A stretch of DNA of 64,000 bases from Vicugna vicugna (Eukaryota): the NCBI GenBank assembly GCA_013265495.1, contig MU058540.1, forward strand, positions 1,823,696 through 1,887,695, read 5' to 3'. The notes beneath the pieces were generated by a model. The model saw only the letters and a list, made by a program, of their open reading frames with translations. It searched no databases and was not told the DNA's origin. The number at the start of each line of letters is the position of its first letter. The first letter of the stretch is position 1. Position numbers and translations under genes: made by a program. Shown here in pieces: positions 62,023-64,000 of the stretch.

Positions 62023-62624
62023 AGTTCTCAGAAAGGTGCCTTTGAAGTCACTGATCAGAGGAGTTCACCAGGGGCCAGAGAATGATTCTCCTAAGGGCCT
62101 CACACTTCACAAGTGGCTCCTGAAAGCCTCCGGGTTCTGACTACATCTGCTCAAATGATGCTCTTTTGCATTCGCTGATAGTATCTGAGAATGGCGACCA
62201 CTGGTTTTCTTTCAGAATGTTTGCAGAAGGTACAGGCTCTGCCAGCATCAACAGACTCGTCTTCCTTTGCTTAGCTCTCCGGTTGTCTTTGGTGCAAAAA
62301 ATATAACAACCCTAGATAATATCCACGTTAGCACAACAGTTGGACCTTTCTGGTTTTGTGCCTTGGACCTACTTTAAGGTCCACTTGTAGATTTGAAAAC
62401 CCTGGCTGATTTCTTTTGTCAGTTCAACAAACTAATGTTTACACTTTGGAATATTTGGGAAAATATAGAAGACAATAAAAATTAATTAGAACCTTCTCAG
62501 AGAATCACCATAGGTAATATTTTGCAAAGTATTCTTTCGTGTCCCCTTTGTCTCACATACACACACCCCTTCACACACCCTCTTTTTAAAAACCAAATTG
62601 AAGTTGTATTGTGATACTCTTACT

Positions 62625-62915
62625 TAGCAGCTTTACTGGGGTATAATTCAGATATTATACAGTTCACTCGTTTAAAATGGACAGTTTGATGTTTTTTAGT
62701 ATAGTTGCATAGTTGTGTAATCATTACCATAATCTAATTTTAGAACCTTTTCATCATCGCAAGAGGAAGTCTTGTCTCCATTAGCATTCACTCACCCTGC
62801 CCTAGGCAGCCGATAATTTACTTTCTGTTTCCACAGATTTGCCTATTCTGGACATTTCATATAAATGGGGACATACAATATGTGTGGTCTTTTGTGATTT
62901 GCTTCTTTCACTGAG
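62625..62915 (-). mobile_element. L1MB-like 3'UTR fragment
   Basis: 'gatttgcctattctggacatttcatataaatgg'. Confidence 0.75.
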
Positions 62916-64000
62916 CTGTTTGCACTGATGCTGTTTTGAAACCTGCTTTAAACATTCATATCACTAGCACTTTGAGTATAGTTTTCAAGAATGCATTTTT
63001 AACAGCAGAGCAGTGTTCCATCTTATGAGTGTATCTGAGCTTATTTAACCAGTCCTGCTGACGGACGTTTAGCTTTGTTCTCATCTTTTGTGGTTCTATC
63101 TAATGCTTCCTGCACTCAGAAATCATCTCATCTGCTACTTTATTGATTGCTTGTCTGAATCCCTGACTGGAACAGAAGCTCTCTGAGGGCAGTCAACTAG
63201 TCTGCCTGGCTAATACTGTCTCCCCATACCTGGCATAGTTCCTGGCACTTGGTAGGTATTTGGTTTTAAAAGAGTGAGTGTGTGTGTGAATTTTGAATGA
63301 ATGAAAATGTAAGAATATTGATAAACTTTGCCAAACTGCCAAATGCCAGAGAGTTACACTAATGTCTGCAGTGTGTGAGACTGCTTGACTCCCTGCTCCG
63401 TTGAATCTGAGTTAATTTGTGAATGAAATCCTGTGATCTTTTGAAATGTAACCCTCTCTGACCTGTGAACCAGTTAGTTTGGAGTTAATGCTCACATGTC
63501 CTTTTCCATGGGCCACCAGAGTCCTGCCTGTTAGGTGACATGATGGTGTCTGGGAGTTCTGACTCCTCAGTCCTCACCAGGGCCCCGTGGTATTGTGTCA
63601 TTTCCTGTTGCTCTTAGAGAGGCTGCATGGCCTTCTCTGGCCACTTCCCCTGTTGCATTTGAAGGTGTTGGGGGTGGTGAGTAAAGTTGGGTTGGTCAGA
63701 TGTGTGTAAGAAGATGTTGATTCCAGCTGCTGAGTGACATGCCTTCTGAAGTCATCAGAAGAAACGTCACTCTGAAAGTTGTGTGTCTTCAAAATTAGAA
63801 ATGAAGAGATGCTTCCAGGAAGTCTGACTCCTTCAGCCCAGTCTGCCCTCTCTGAAGATGGTGGGCACCCACATGGCTGCCTGAGTCACTGCTGGCTGTG
63901 GTCCCTGCTCGTGTCCTCCCAGTTCCTGTCCAGGAGAGCCTGCCCGGGATGGCGAGCCACCCAGAGAGTGGCCAGGGACACCAGGCAGGTCTCCTCAGGT

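Overview
Mammalian genomic DNA, not a prokaryotic or accessory region. It is the conserved ZNF76-DEF6-PPARD gene cluster, all three genes on the + strand. The window holds 12 coding exons of ZNF76 (2829-11553; the ATG exon lies upstream of the window), the complete 11-exon DEF6 CDS (14080-33226, 1896 nt, 631 aa), and the PPARD CpG-island promoter, two 5'UTR exons and the first ~21 kb of its long second intron. Six tRNA-Ala-derived SINE copies point to a camelid (alpaca, llama or camel). The rest is L1, L2, MIR, MaLR LTR and hAT/mariner relics; family names come from recalled consensus sequences, not a search, and their boundaries are approximate. I see no wholly new biological system. The best leads are a spliced 48-codon uORF and an ATG-dense exon 2 in the PPARD leader, a frame-compatible ZNF76-DEF6 read-through, two inverted MADE2-like MITEs that resemble each other unexpectedly closely, a SINE with an apparent 3' transduction nested in an L1, a 40-bp L1 micro-insertion with a perfect 16-bp TSD, and a candidate poison splice donor and G4/CpG island inside DEF6.
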